A stretch of DNA of 32,000 nucleotides from Sinorhizobium meliloti (GCF_017876815.1 NZ_JAGIOS010000003.1:870001-902000), one strand, 5' to 3'. Numbered from the stretch's first letter, positions 1 through 8,130 are shown. Notes: generated from the letters alone by a model not told the origin. A program made the numbers and translations.

Positions 1-16
1 ATCCTTCGGAAGTTCA

Positions 17-43
17 GCCCCGCGCCAGCGGGGCCTTTTTATT
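17..43 (+). terminator. Rho-independent terminator of a + strand gene lying upstream of the window
   Basis: Hairpin GCCCCGC-GCCA-GCGGGGC (17-34) is followed directly by CTTTTTATT. Confidence 0.7.
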
Positions 44-115
44 GTCCATAACCGACACTTCCTCCAGTTAAACTGTGACGGTCGCTTTGGGCCAGGTCCG
101 GGACGAGGCTGGCCT

Positions 116-140
116 GCAACAATTCAGTAGAGGATACGTT
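116..140 (+). promoter_or_regulatory. EcfG/RpoE2-like promoter pattern with one mismatch (GCAAC-N16-CGTT)
   Basis: GCAAC at 116-120, a 16-nt spacer, then CGTT at 137-140. It sits 27-33 nt upstream of the small ORF start at 168/174. The consensus GGAAC-N16/17-CGTT is quoted from knowledge of alphaproteobacterial general stress promoters. Confidence 0.35.
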
Positions 141-173
141 TCTTCACCAGGGGTGCACAAAAGGAGGATGGCG

Positions 174-269
174 ATGCGTCCTGCCGAACGCGTCAAGATT
201 ATAGAATGGATTTCATCCATAGCGGCTGTTGGATTGCTGGCATTGCTAGTAAATGCGGTGCTGGGTTGA
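174..269 (+). CDS. Small single-TM peptide (31 aa, or 33 aa from ATG 168): MRPAERVKIIEWISSIAAVGLLALLVNAVLG
   Basis: Strong SD AAGGAGG at 161-167, 6 nt before ATG 174. The C-terminal about 20 residues are hydrophobic. The ORF sits inside the longer 75..269 track ORF, whose N-terminal part looks non-coding. Confidence 0.45.
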   Translation: MRPAERVKIIEWISSIAAVGLLALLVNAVLG

Positions 270-1035
270 TTGAAGCTTCGCTTTTCATTGCCGACCTGGC
301 GCTCGCGAATGAGCTCCACGCGCAGGCACCGCGCTAGGTCGAGGCCCCCTAAAAAAAGACCGCCAACGAGGTTCCACGGGCGGTCATCGCGGCCAGCTTT
401 AAAGCTCTGATCCTGCGCGCTCCTTTGCCTCTCCAGTCGTAATCCATCTGGTCACCTTGGCGGTGAGATTGGCCGCCTCGGCGGCCTCCAGCCGCCTTCG
501 TGTGAGCGCCAGCCCCAGGCGAGGCCAGCCGCCAGAAGCGCCCGACCTCTAACCGCCTCTCCTCGTACGAGACGGCTGAAAGAACTTACCGCCTAACCCC
601 TGCTCAGGGCCATTAGCCCATCCGTCGTAATCCCGCCACTCAGGCACAATCAGGAGAAATCGATGGCGTACGGCCCCAAGCAGTCTCAGAGGTGTTTCGC
701 CGACATGCACGAGCGTGAAGGGCACGCTGAAGTGCGATTCCGCAGCTTCCGCAAGATCGATAGTATGGTCTAGCGCATCACAGTCACCGAGCAGTCGTCG
801 ACGAATACGGCGTTTCGATCAAGGACCGCGGACGCTTCTCAGACAACAGGTGATCTAAAAGTTACGCGGGAAATCTTCCGGCTCATAGAAGGCGGCACAT
901 GCGGCGAAATTGTAAAGGCAGCGCCCGCGGCGAGGCAGGGCCTGCCTGCTCAGGTCGGCTCCAGCAGTTGGAGGGGACGTTTTAAGAAGCCGACATGAGT
1001 TCGCGCTGAGCATCGCAACTCGCTAGCGACCGCGC

Positions 1036-1311
1036 CTAACTCCTCAGTTTCCACATCGTTCCGAAGAATTCCGGTTCGGTCCACCACCTCGTGGGCGCGG
1101 GGCTGCCGTCGTCTGCGCCGGCTGGGTCTTCGTCATCGGGCAGCCAGCCCTGCCAGCCATTTCCCAGCGCATCCTGCGCCTGCTGCCCGTCGAGGCGGCT
1201 GGCCAACTGCTGGAGCAGCTGGCGCTCCGAAATGCCGCTCTCCGGCGCTAGGTACGCGGCTATGTCCCTCTGGTAATCCCGAATCAGCTTTCTCATCTTT
1301 TCTGAACTCAT
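1036..1311 (-). CDS. Hypothetical protein (about 91 aa) with an acidic, Trp-containing C-terminus
   Basis: Track ORF 1036..1323. ATG at 1311 is preferred because the SD AAGGGAG lies 11 nt upstream. Composition is balanced and protein-like. No family recognised. Confidence 0.45.
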   Translation of the reverse strand: MSSEKMRKLIRDYQRDIAAYLAPESGISERQLLQQLASRLDGQQAQDALGNGWQGWLPDDEDPAGADDGSPAPTRWWTEPEFFGTMWKLRS

Positions 1312-1330
1312 TTCGGTGACCACTCCCTTT

Positions 1331-1359
1331 GAACAGCAAACCCCGCGGCTGTGGCGGGG
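1331..1359 (-). terminator. Candidate intrinsic terminator read on the minus strand
   Basis: Stem CCCCGC/GCGGGG (1341-1346 / 1354-1359). On the minus strand it is followed by TTTGCTGTTC. A second perfect 9-bp stem GTTCTGTCC/GGACAGAAC lies at 1363-1395. Could end the transcript of the small ORF at 1524-1604. Confidence 0.4.
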
Positions 1360-1523
1360 CTTGTTCTGTCCGGGACAGCCCGTTCAGGACAGAACATGAT
1401 ACTCCGGGCTGTCGTACTTCAATGCACAACTTGCTGGAGTAACGTTGGTTCCGCACCTAACTCTTAAGGATTATCGACGTTTGACGCTTCGAAGAGGCCG
1501 GCGTCCGCTGCCCGACCGGCTCC

Positions 1524-1604
1524 TCAGACTACGAGCCAAGCCAGGACGAACAGCGCAATGATAACGAGGAGGATCATGATACCAGCGACGTTGAGCGAGT
1601 GCAT
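1524..1604 (-). CDS. Small hydrophobic peptide (26 aa): MHSLNVAGIMILLVIIALFVLAWLVV
   Basis: ATG with AGAGG 8 nt upstream. Almost the whole ORF is one TM-like helix. Below the 60-aa cutoff of the supplied track. Translated by hand from the reverse complement. Confidence 0.45.
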   Translation of the reverse strand: MHSLNVAGIMILLVIIALFVLAWLVV

Positions 1605-1630
1605 ACGGCCTGCCTCTGTCTTTGCAAGTG

Positions 1631-1655
1631 AACCTTGCAGGCGACGGTATGTTCC
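1631..1655 (-). promoter_or_regulatory. EcfG/RpoE2-like promoter pattern with one mismatch (GGAAC-N16-GGTT on the minus strand)
   Basis: The plus strand reads AACC(1631-1634)-N16-GTTCC(1651-1655). The motif ends 26 nt upstream of the ATG at 1604. Confidence 0.35.
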
Positions 1656-1872
1656 GCATGGAGACTTCAAAGGCCCTGCAAAGTCACCAAGGGCCGGCCA
1701 AAAATGCGAGTGCCCGGGTGCGGGTCGACACGGCCACTGCTAACAGGTTTGGGGACCTGATTGCCGATTGGCTCGGCATGATAGGAATCCGCTGGACGCC
1801 GAGGCTGCCTTCGCGTGACGCAGGAACATTCTCGCGGCAATCTGCCTGTAAACTTGGCGCGCCGGAGGCGGC

Positions 1873-2283
1873 GTGGTCGGCCTTCTAACGGGGCTCGAGC
1901 TAATGGCAATCCTCGGAGTTGGGCCTGTGGTGGCCGCCGGATGGCTTGCGGCAACCGCCGCCGGTGCTGTAGCGGGCGCGGTGGCCGGCGGCGCGGCCGG
2001 AGGTTTGATCGGTGCGCTGACCGATTCCGGAGTCGATGAAGAGGATGCCCATGTCTTCGCCAAGGGCGTTCGGCGCGGAGGCACTTTCGTGACAGCAAGG
2101 GTGGACGACACTCTTGCGCCTGAAGCACAAGCAATACTGCAGGACCTGAACCGCTTTGACCCTGCCGCGCGGTGGGGCGTCTTTGCGCAAGAAGAATGGA
2201 CGCGTTTTGACGAAAATGCCGACCCTTACACGCTCGAAGCGGTACCGCTCTATGATACCGTAACGGCATCGAAAGATTGGTGA
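1873..2283 (+). CDS. Glycine-zipper membrane / general-stress-type protein, probably an N-terminally decayed copy
   Basis: GVGPVVAAGWLAATAAGAVAGAVAGGAAGGLIGALTDSGVDEEDAHVFAKGVRRGGTFVTARVDD matches, from memory, the conserved core of alphaproteobacterial stress proteins that also carry a YflT/GsiB-like N-terminal domain. GTG 1873 has GGAGG 4 nt upstream; ATG 1903 is an alternative start. Two in-frame stops lie just upstream (see findings). Confidence 0.6.
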   Translation: MVGLLTGLELMAILGVGPVVAAGWLAATAAGAVAGAVAGGAAGGLIGALTDSGVDEEDAHVFAKGVRRGGTFVTARVDDTLAPEAQAILQDLNRFDPAARWGVFAQEEWTRFDENADPYTLEAVPLYDTVTASKDW

Positions 2284-2328
2284 CGGCGCCGATGGGCGCC
2301 TTCACCGATGTCTCACCGGAAGCTCCAT

Positions 2329-2353
2329 GGAACCAACCTCCCTGCGGAACGTT
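2329..2353 (+). promoter_or_regulatory. Exact EcfG/RpoE2-type general stress promoter motif GGAAC-N16-CGTT
   Basis: GGAAC at 2329-2333, a 16-nt spacer, then CGTT at 2350-2353. It lies 52 nt upstream of the ATG at 2406. This was the only exact instance found in a by-eye scan of both strands. Confidence 0.55.
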
Positions 2354-2405
2354 GCCGTAGCACCCGTGCAGAGCGATGCAGACGGCGGGACTGGAGGAGG
2401 TCCAG

Positions 2406-2489
2406 ATGGATATCACCACGCTTTTAATTATTGTTCTTATCGTTCTCCTCCTAGGTGGCGGCTGGTACGGCCGAGGACGCTGGTATTAA
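2406..2489 (+). CDS. Small membrane peptide (27 aa): MDITTLLIIVLIVLLLGGGWYGRGRWY
   Basis: SD GGAGGAGG at 2393-2400, 5 nt before the ATG. A hydrophobic helix is followed by a Gly/Arg/Trp tail. It resembles short DUF3309-like stress-locus peptides of alphaproteobacteria (from memory, unverified). Not in the ORF track because it is under 60 aa. Confidence 0.6.
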   Translation: MDITTLLIIVLIVLLLGGGWYGRGRWY

Positions 2490-2658
2490 TCGGAACCTGA
2501 AGGGCCCGGTCTACCGTGGTGGCCAGGAACTCCGACGTCGAATATTCGTCTGGCAGTGCCCGGCAAATCAACAGCATTGGAGCCGACCGGCGGTTTGTGA
2601 CGGCGGGCAATCCGCTCCGGGCGAGGCGCGCTCACGAAGCGCCGCGGCACCAACGAAG

Positions 2659-3780
2659 TTAGCCCCCCTGGCGCGGTCCCGAACGCTGATCTCGCCCCGT
2701 TGAAGAGGACGGAGGTTGTCTTCGCTCTTCAAGCTCCGCCGCGATCCACTCGCGAAATAGGCTGTAGGCAACCGCCAGCAGCGTGGGCCCGAGGAAAAGG
2801 CCGATGAGGCCGAAGGCCAGGACGCCACCGATTAAACCGAAGAGCCCCAGCAAAACGGGTAAGTTGGTATTTCTCCCGAGGAGATACGGTCTCAGGAAAT
2901 TGTCGATACTGCTAACAAGAAGTAGGCCCCAAATCGCGACGAAGATGCCCCACCAGACTGATTCCTGCATGAAAAGCCACAGCGCGACAGGTCCCCATAC
3001 AAAGGGAGGCCCCGCCGGCACGAACGACAGAACAAATGTCAGGCATCCGAGCAACAACGCCTGGGGCACACCGGCGATCCAGAAACCTACGCCGGCCAGG
3101 AGGCCTTGGGCCAGGGCTGTGCCGATGAGGCCATAAACAACGCCCGTCACTGTCACTCCAACCACGCTAAGCAATCTTCGAGCGCGGGCTCCCGCCACCC
3201 GTTCCGCGATCTGACGGGTAAGGGCAGTCATGCGCCGCCCGTGCAAGAATAAGAAAAAGCCGATGAAGATACTTAACGCGAGTTCGAGAAGACCGGCGCC
3301 AAACAGCGTTCCCCCAATCAGAGCGACATCGGCGAAAGGGCCGATCACCTTCTTCAGCTCGATGGTGAAGGCCGGCGCGTTGTGTGCCAAGCCCTCCCAA
3401 TAAGTAGCCAAGCCCTCACCGGCGATGGGTAGCCCCCTCACCCAATCCGGCGGCGCCGGCGGGCCCTGTTCGAGGACATTGGTGACCCCTGCCACCAAGC
3501 TACTGATATTGTCCGCGAGTGTCGTTGCCAGCAATGCAAGCGGTGCGACGATGACAACGACGACCAGCACTGTCATGGCGGCCGCGGCGAGTGCCCGATA
3601 GCCGCCGACGGCTCGCTCAAACAATCTGTAGGCGGGCCATGTCGAGAAACATATCACAGCCGCCCACAGAATGGCGGATAGGAAGGGCCAAAGCACTAGG
3701 GTACAGCCGATCGCCAGCAAACCCAGTGCGCCGAACGCAAGAAGTTGCCCAATCAGTTTGCCCTGTGTAACCATCGACAT
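2659..3780 (-). CDS. AI-2E family transporter (PerM/UPF0118-type permease)
   Basis: 373 aa, polytopic. The C-terminal signature SSIDNFLRPYLLGRNTNLPVLLGLFGLIGGVLAFGLIGLFLGP is typical of the family. Confidence 0.9.
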   Translation of the reverse strand: MSMVTQGKLIGQLLAFGALGLLAIGCTLVLWPFLSAILWAAVICFSTWPAYRLFERAVGGYRALAAAAMTVLVVVVIVAPLALLATTLADNISSLVAGVTNVLEQGPPAPPDWVRGLPIAGEGLATYWEGLAHNAPAFTIELKKVIGPFADVALIGGTLFGAGLLELALSIFIGFFLFLHGRRMTALTRQIAERVAGARARRLLSVVGVTVTGVVYGLIGTALAQGLLAGVGFWIAGVPQALLLGCLTFVLSFVPAGPPFVWGPVALWLFMQESVWWGIFVAIWGLLLVSSIDNFLRPYLLGRNTNLPVLLGLFGLIGGVLAFGLIGLFLGPTLLAVAYSLFREWIAAELEERRQPPSSSTGRDQRSGPRQGG

Positions 3781-4176
3781 TGCTCATGTTGCGCACCCTA
3801 CCCGCACAATGCGGAAATGACGGCCGAGTTTCCACCTAGAAACGGCACACTTTTGGGAGGTCCTTGAAGCTAATGCGTTTACCGCGAACTGTCGAGCAAC
3901 ACAAAGTCACCAACGAGATCACCCCCTTTAAGTGGGGCATTCGTCCCAAAGGAAAACAATAAACCCGCGATTGTTGCCGCAGCTTCGCTTTCGGTACTCT
4001 CTACACGTTTAGCACAGAGCTCGACCGATCCCGAAACGCCCCAGACCTTATGCATCGTGCCCTCGAAACCAAGCTGGTTAAGAGTCTTCGAAGCTTGTGT
4101 TAAGGACCTACGCGAAATCCAGGACAATGCCGCGGTGTTCGATATCGCCACGCTTGGCGATCGCAGCTGACCGGCG

Positions 4177-4593
4177 TTACCGGTCGAGGTCGGCATGGTC
4201 GAGGCCGAAGTGATCCAGAACAAGCTGAAGATTGCGGCGATTGGATTTGAAGTAGACGTCGAAGACATCGCCAAGCACCGGCACACTTCCCGCAACCGTG
4301 TCAAAACCGACATTGACCAGCATCTTTACGAGCTTGTCGTTCGGCACGCCGAGACGCCGAGCCTCGTTGACGATGATGAGACTGACGGCGGCGGCCGCAA
4401 AATCGCCGACGCCGGGGATCAGGCCAAGGACCGAGTCAGCCCCGAGCGACATGCGTGTACCGGGAATTCGGAGCGCCGTATCCATCAGCCGCGCCAGTCC
4501 GCGTATCCGGCGAAGACGCGTGAGCTGTTCGATGGGTATGTTGGACTTCTTCATTCTTTTTGTGTGGTCTCCGCCCCGCGATTCAAATGTCAT
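4177..4593 (-). CDS. DUF4112 domain membrane protein
   Basis: GADSVLGLIPGVGDFAAAAVSLIIVNEARRLGVP...NVGFDTVAGSVPVLGDVFDVYFKSNRRN matches the DUF4112 pattern. The start overlaps the upstream stop as ATGA at 4590-4593. Confidence 0.8.
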   Translation of the reverse strand: MTFESRGGDHTKRMKKSNIPIEQLTRLRRIRGLARLMDTALRIPGTRMSLGADSVLGLIPGVGDFAAAAVSLIIVNEARRLGVPNDKLVKMLVNVGFDTVAGSVPVLGDVFDVYFKSNRRNLQLVLDHFGLDHADLDR

Positions 4594-4955
4594 GCGGCAG
4601 CCTTGTGCTTGCCAAGCCGCTTGATGGCCTGCTCATGCGGGCGCTGTCCATCGCAGTATTCCTCCCATGCGCTTGCCTTCGCCAGAAGCGCCGGGACGGT
4701 GCGGACGGTAAAGCGCTTCGGGTCAAGATTGGATTGGACCTGCGTCCACGGGAGATAAGCCCGAGCCTCCTCGATAGAGCCGATGCCGTAGAAGTTCGCG
4801 GTGGGAGACCGTCCAAGCGCACGCAGTTGCGGGAAGATGAACCACATCCAACGGGTTTCCTTGCGGCCGGCCCTCAGCTCAGCAAGGACCGTCTCGAAGA
4901 CGAGGTCTTGTGCTGCAACGAAGCGAGAAAGCTCGAAAGGATCGTCCTCTGCCAT
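4590..4955 (-). CDS. DUF1810 family protein (short form)
   Basis: FELSRFVAAQDLVFETVLAELRAGRKETRWMWFIFPQLRALGRSPTANFYGIGSIEEARAYL is the canonical DUF1810 N-terminal signature. The middle part appears shorter than I remember for the family. Confidence 0.7.
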   Translation of the reverse strand: MAEDDPFELSRFVAAQDLVFETVLAELRAGRKETRWMWFIFPQLRALGRSPTANFYGIGSIEEARAYLPWTQVQSNLDPKRFTVRTVPALLAKASAWEEYCDGQRPHEQAIKRLGKHKAAA

Positions 4956-5248
4956 CGATCGTCCTTTCGATGATGATGTCAGATCGGTGCGGCCGCTAGC
5001 AGAACCGCGACGGGCACCGTTATTGCTGACGCGCTGATCGCTACCGCCGCGGCAAGCCTAACCAGGCGTGCGCTTTGCGCGCGCCGAGAATCTTATTCAT
5101 ACGCCAACTCCCTTCGAAGCCCAGAACAGCATGCGGAGGCGGGAGAGTCCATTCCTTCTTGAGCGTGCGTAATCTCGCGAGCGCTCGCCATTGCAAAGCG
5201 CCCCGCGGCTCTTATCTTTTCACGAGGAGGTCAACGGAGAAGCGGGCA

Positions 5249-5536
5249 ATGAAGGAACTCGTCATCAACATCGTGTCGGAAGATATGGCCGAAATCGTGG
5301 TGCCGAGCGGAAACAATGGCCGGCTCCGATGCTCGGTCGTCTGCCTCTGTTGCCAGCGGGCCGACCAGCCGATGGACGACGATGGCTGCGGCATTTGCGA
5401 TGCGTGCCTCGACTTGCCTGTTCGCGCAATGGATGCCTTGGACGGTCTTGATTACCGACGCCATTCCCCCATCTATCGCCCACTACCCGTAATCAATGAC
5501 TACCTGCAGCGATGGAACTCTGTCGCGCGTTCGTAA
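5249..5536 (+). CDS. Hypothetical Cys-rich protein (95 aa)
   Basis: Internal ATG of track ORF 5075..5536, with GGAGA 9 nt upstream. A GC-rich hairpin (GAAGGGCGCTC...GAGCGCCCTTC, about 5549-5583) follows the stop. No family recognised. Confidence 0.3.
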   Translation: MKELVINIVSEDMAEIVVPSGNNGRLRCSVVCLCCQRADQPMDDDGCGICDACLDLPVRAMDALDGLDYRRHSPIYRPLPVINDYLQRWNSVARS

Positions 5537-6347
5537 GTCGTCCGGGTCCGAAGGGCGCTCCCCGAAAGTGTCGAGCGCCCTTCGTCATTTCGGGAGGGGT
5601 CGACGACGCTGCGACGATAATTTGACTTCCCGTTGCTGTGCACCAGATCAGCACCGTTGTCCGTCTTAAGCAGATGGACCGTGGAGGTACGAGCAGCCCC
5701 CGCTGCATCGAATCTCCCATAGACATGCATGTAGGAAACGATACCCTGGATGTCGATCCCTCTTGCTCAGGATGAAATAGCACCAATTCCATCGCCGGGA
5801 AAAACTGTCGCCCTAGCAAGACGCTCTCAATTCGCGAGCATGCGTCAGCCGAGTGATTTCCGCCATACCGATCTCGGCCGCCGCCATTATTCCACGGACA
5901 AACGCGAGCGATCTCGTGGCGGATGCCCGCCATTCGCCAAGGCAAATTGAGTCAACACATCCATTCCTAGTCGCGAAAAGTCCCGCCCGACCGGACAACA
6001 GATATTGCATTCGCAACTGCCTTGTTGTGCGATCATTCAACGATAAAACTTGATAGTACCGGGCATGACAGAATGGACGGCAAGAGGAAACTGCTATGCA
6101 GGGCTCCTCAGCCGGCTACGGTCTCACGCGGCCTTGCCTGAAGCCTCAAGCCCGACGGGCAGTCGGAAATCGAGGGGGCCCGCCCAGCGTTCGTTGCCCA
6201 CTGAGATCCCTCCCACGAGAGATAGCGTGGTACGATTACCCATCAGGCGTGTTAAAGTCCTCTAGTCGAGCCTGCCCTGCGGGGCTTGTCGGCAGTGCCG
6301 CCGAGCAATGACTCGCTCCGTGAGTCTCCGGCCCTGAGGGCCATTTC

Positions 6348-7409
6348 ATGTCAACCACCCCGACTGTGCATTTCGAAGCGGCAAGTACTCTTGCCGTCGT
6401 GGTCTCGTCCCACGAACCTCTGCTTTTCCTGTCCGACGACCTGAAAATCATCGCAGCGAGCGCCTCATTCTGCCGGGCCTTCGACATAGACCCCACGTCA
6501 GTTCCCGGCAAAAAGCTCGGCGAACTCGGACAGGGGGAATGGGCGATGCCCAAGCTTGAGTCACTCCTAAAAGCTACAGCCTCGCGAAGTGCGGACATTC
6601 AAGCCTATGAAATAGACCTAAAGCGGCCGAACCGCGGCACACGGCAGTTGGTCGTCAATGCACAGACGCTTGATGATGGTGACGTCGAACATATTCGCCT
6701 TCTTGTGGCCGTGACGGACGTGACCGATGCGCGCGCAGAGGCGCGACTGAAAGACGACCTGGCCCGCGACAAGGCCATCCTGCTGCAGGAAGTTCAACAC
6801 AGGGTCGCCAACAGTCTCCAGATCATTGCAAGTGTTCTGATGCAGAGCGCACGGCGGGTTCAGTCGGAGGAAGCGCGTGGCCATCTTCACAACGCCCATC
6901 ACCGGGTGATGTCGATTGCGGCTCTCCAGCGACAGCTTTCCACGTCGCCGGGCGGCAGCGTCGAACTCCGCACATATTTGAAGCAGCTTTGCCAAAGCCT
7001 CGGTGCATCGATGATAGCTGACCCTAGCCGGCTGTCGATCCACGTTTCGGCCGACGACAGCGCAGTGGAAGCGGATGTTTCCGTCAGCTTAGGACTTATC
7101 GTGACCGAGTTGGTCATCAATGCCTTGAAACACGCCTTTCCCGACGAGCGGACCGGCACAGTCATGATTGACTATCGATCCTCCGGCAGAGACTGGACCC
7201 TCGCGGTTGCCGACAACGGCATCGGCATGGCTGCAGGGCGCGACGCACCCAAGGCGGGCTTGGGAACCGGCATTGTGGAGGCGCTCGTCAAGAACCTGGA
7301 CGGCGAGATCACGTTGAGCGATGCAGGTCCCGGCACCATGGTCACAATCGGCCATCAAGAAAGCGCTGGGTTCCAAGCAAATCTTTCTCCATTCGTATAT
7401 GCCAGGTGA
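6348..7409 (+). CDS. PAS-domain sensor histidine kinase, HisKA_2/HWE-type
   Basis: N-terminal PAS-like region. H-box LLQEVQHRVANSLQIIASVL. HATPase_c motifs ELVINALKHAF, DNGIGM and GLGTGIVEALV. Confidence 0.9.
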   Translation: MSTTPTVHFEAASTLAVVVSSHEPLLFLSDDLKIIAASASFCRAFDIDPTSVPGKKLGELGQGEWAMPKLESLLKATASRSADIQAYEIDLKRPNRGTRQLVVNAQTLDDGDVEHIRLLVAVTDVTDARAEARLKDDLARDKAILLQEVQHRVANSLQIIASVLMQSARRVQSEEARGHLHNAHHRVMSIAALQRQLSTSPGGSVELRTYLKQLCQSLGASMIADPSRLSIHVSADDSAVEADVSVSLGLIVTELVINALKHAFPDERTGTVMIDYRSSGRDWTLAVADNGIGMAAGRDAPKAGLGTGIVEALVKNLDGEITLSDAGPGTMVTIGHQESAGFQANLSPFVYAR

Positions 7410-7792
7410 ACGATCCGGTCATCCTGGTCGTCGAAGACAGTGCGCTGATCCGGATGGGTGCGATCGATCTGGTGCTGCATGCAGGTTACGAAGCGCTTGA
7501 GGCATGTGACGCAGACGAGGCAATTCGCATACTCGAAGTGCGAAATGACATCGATCTGGTTTTCACAGATGTCCAGATGCCGGGCACGATGGACGGCATC
7601 AAACTATCCCACTACATCCGGGACCGTTGGCCACCGGTAAAACTGATCGTCGCCTCCGGTGCAACAATTCTAGAGGAGAGCTTGCTCCCTTCGGGAAGCC
7701 AATTCTTCTCCAAGCCCTATGAGAACCACACAATCACAGATGCTATGGCACGTCTCCTCTTACCGGAAAGTTCGCGCGCGCCGACCGCTTGA
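7406..7792 (+). CDS. Single-domain response regulator (receiver only)
   Basis: VVEDSALIRM...DLVFTDVQMPGTMDG...KLIVASG receiver signature with no output domain. The GTG start overlaps the kinase stop (GTGA at 7406-7409). Confidence 0.9.
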   Translation: MNDPVILVVEDSALIRMGAIDLVLHAGYEALEACDADEAIRILEVRNDIDLVFTDVQMPGTMDGIKLSHYIRDRWPPVKLIVASGATILEESLLPSGSQFFSKPYENHTITDAMARLLLPESSRAPTA

Positions 7793-7950
7793 ACCGGCGT
7801 CGACGACAGGATGCAGACAGCAGGCTGCTCGAAGCCTCATCCAGCCATGTCGCACCGGGTCCAGAGCCTCCGGCACGATCGTGTTCGATGGGTGTTGCGT
7901 GACCGTTTGTGGCTAATTGGGTACCATGCCTTTCAAGGCTGCGCGTCATT

Positions 7951-7973
7951 CCATCGAATCTAAAATTCGATGG
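7951..7973. repeat. Perfect 9-bp inverted repeat CCATCGAAT-CTAAA-ATTCGATGG in an intergenic region
   Basis: Read directly from the sequence. It lies in the roughly 340-bp gap between the response regulator and the RibD_C-like gene. Confidence 0.6.
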
Positions 7974-8130
7974 CAAAGTGCGAGCGGCACACCCCTTACG
8001 GTCAAGTGACAGCTTCACTGGCTATCCTGTCTGCCAAACAACAGGTAGCGCTCCCGTTGAATTTGAGAATCACAGAGCCGAAGAGCGGATTCGTGCGAAC
8101 ATCCAGCTTCGTCAACCCTCCCCTTCACTA

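Noticed and set aside
1558-1743. + strand ORF with the SD-like GAGGAGG 3 nt before an internal ATG (1576), antisense to micro-ORF B
   Set aside because: The GAGGAGG is simply the antisense of the CTC-CTC-CTC (Leu) codons of ORF B. The product is Cys/Arg/Pro-rich and not protein-like, and no promoter pattern was seen. I cannot fully exclude it.
1667-2419. 250-aa minus-strand ORF (with 1740..2111 and 1900..2190)
   Set aside because: Extremely Arg/Pro-rich, antisense to the recognisable glycine-zipper gene, and it spans the exact EcfG-type promoter. A shadow ORF.
2526-2550. GGAAC-N16-CGTC (one mismatch to the EcfG pattern) on the + strand
   Set aside because: No ORF or SD follows it on that strand; the AI-2E gene is convergent. 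Single-mismatch hits are expected several times per window by chance.
3879-4313. 144-aa minus-strand ORF downstream of and overlapping the DUF4112 gene, plus a 29-codon + ORF at 3873 with GGGAGG upstream
   Set aside because: The upstream half overlaps DUF4112 out of frame. The remainder (3879-4176) is lower-GC with no recognisable motif or convincing start. It could be a remnant, but I cannot support a call.
5500-5730. 76-aa minus-strand ORF (..GIDIQGIVSYMHVYGRFDAAGAARTSTVHLLKTDNGADLVHSNGK..)
   Set aside because: The first roughly 45 residues look mildly protein-like. However, the ORF reads through the strong hairpin at about 5549-5583 and into the convergent gene's 3' end. No SD and no family match, so it is left uncalled.
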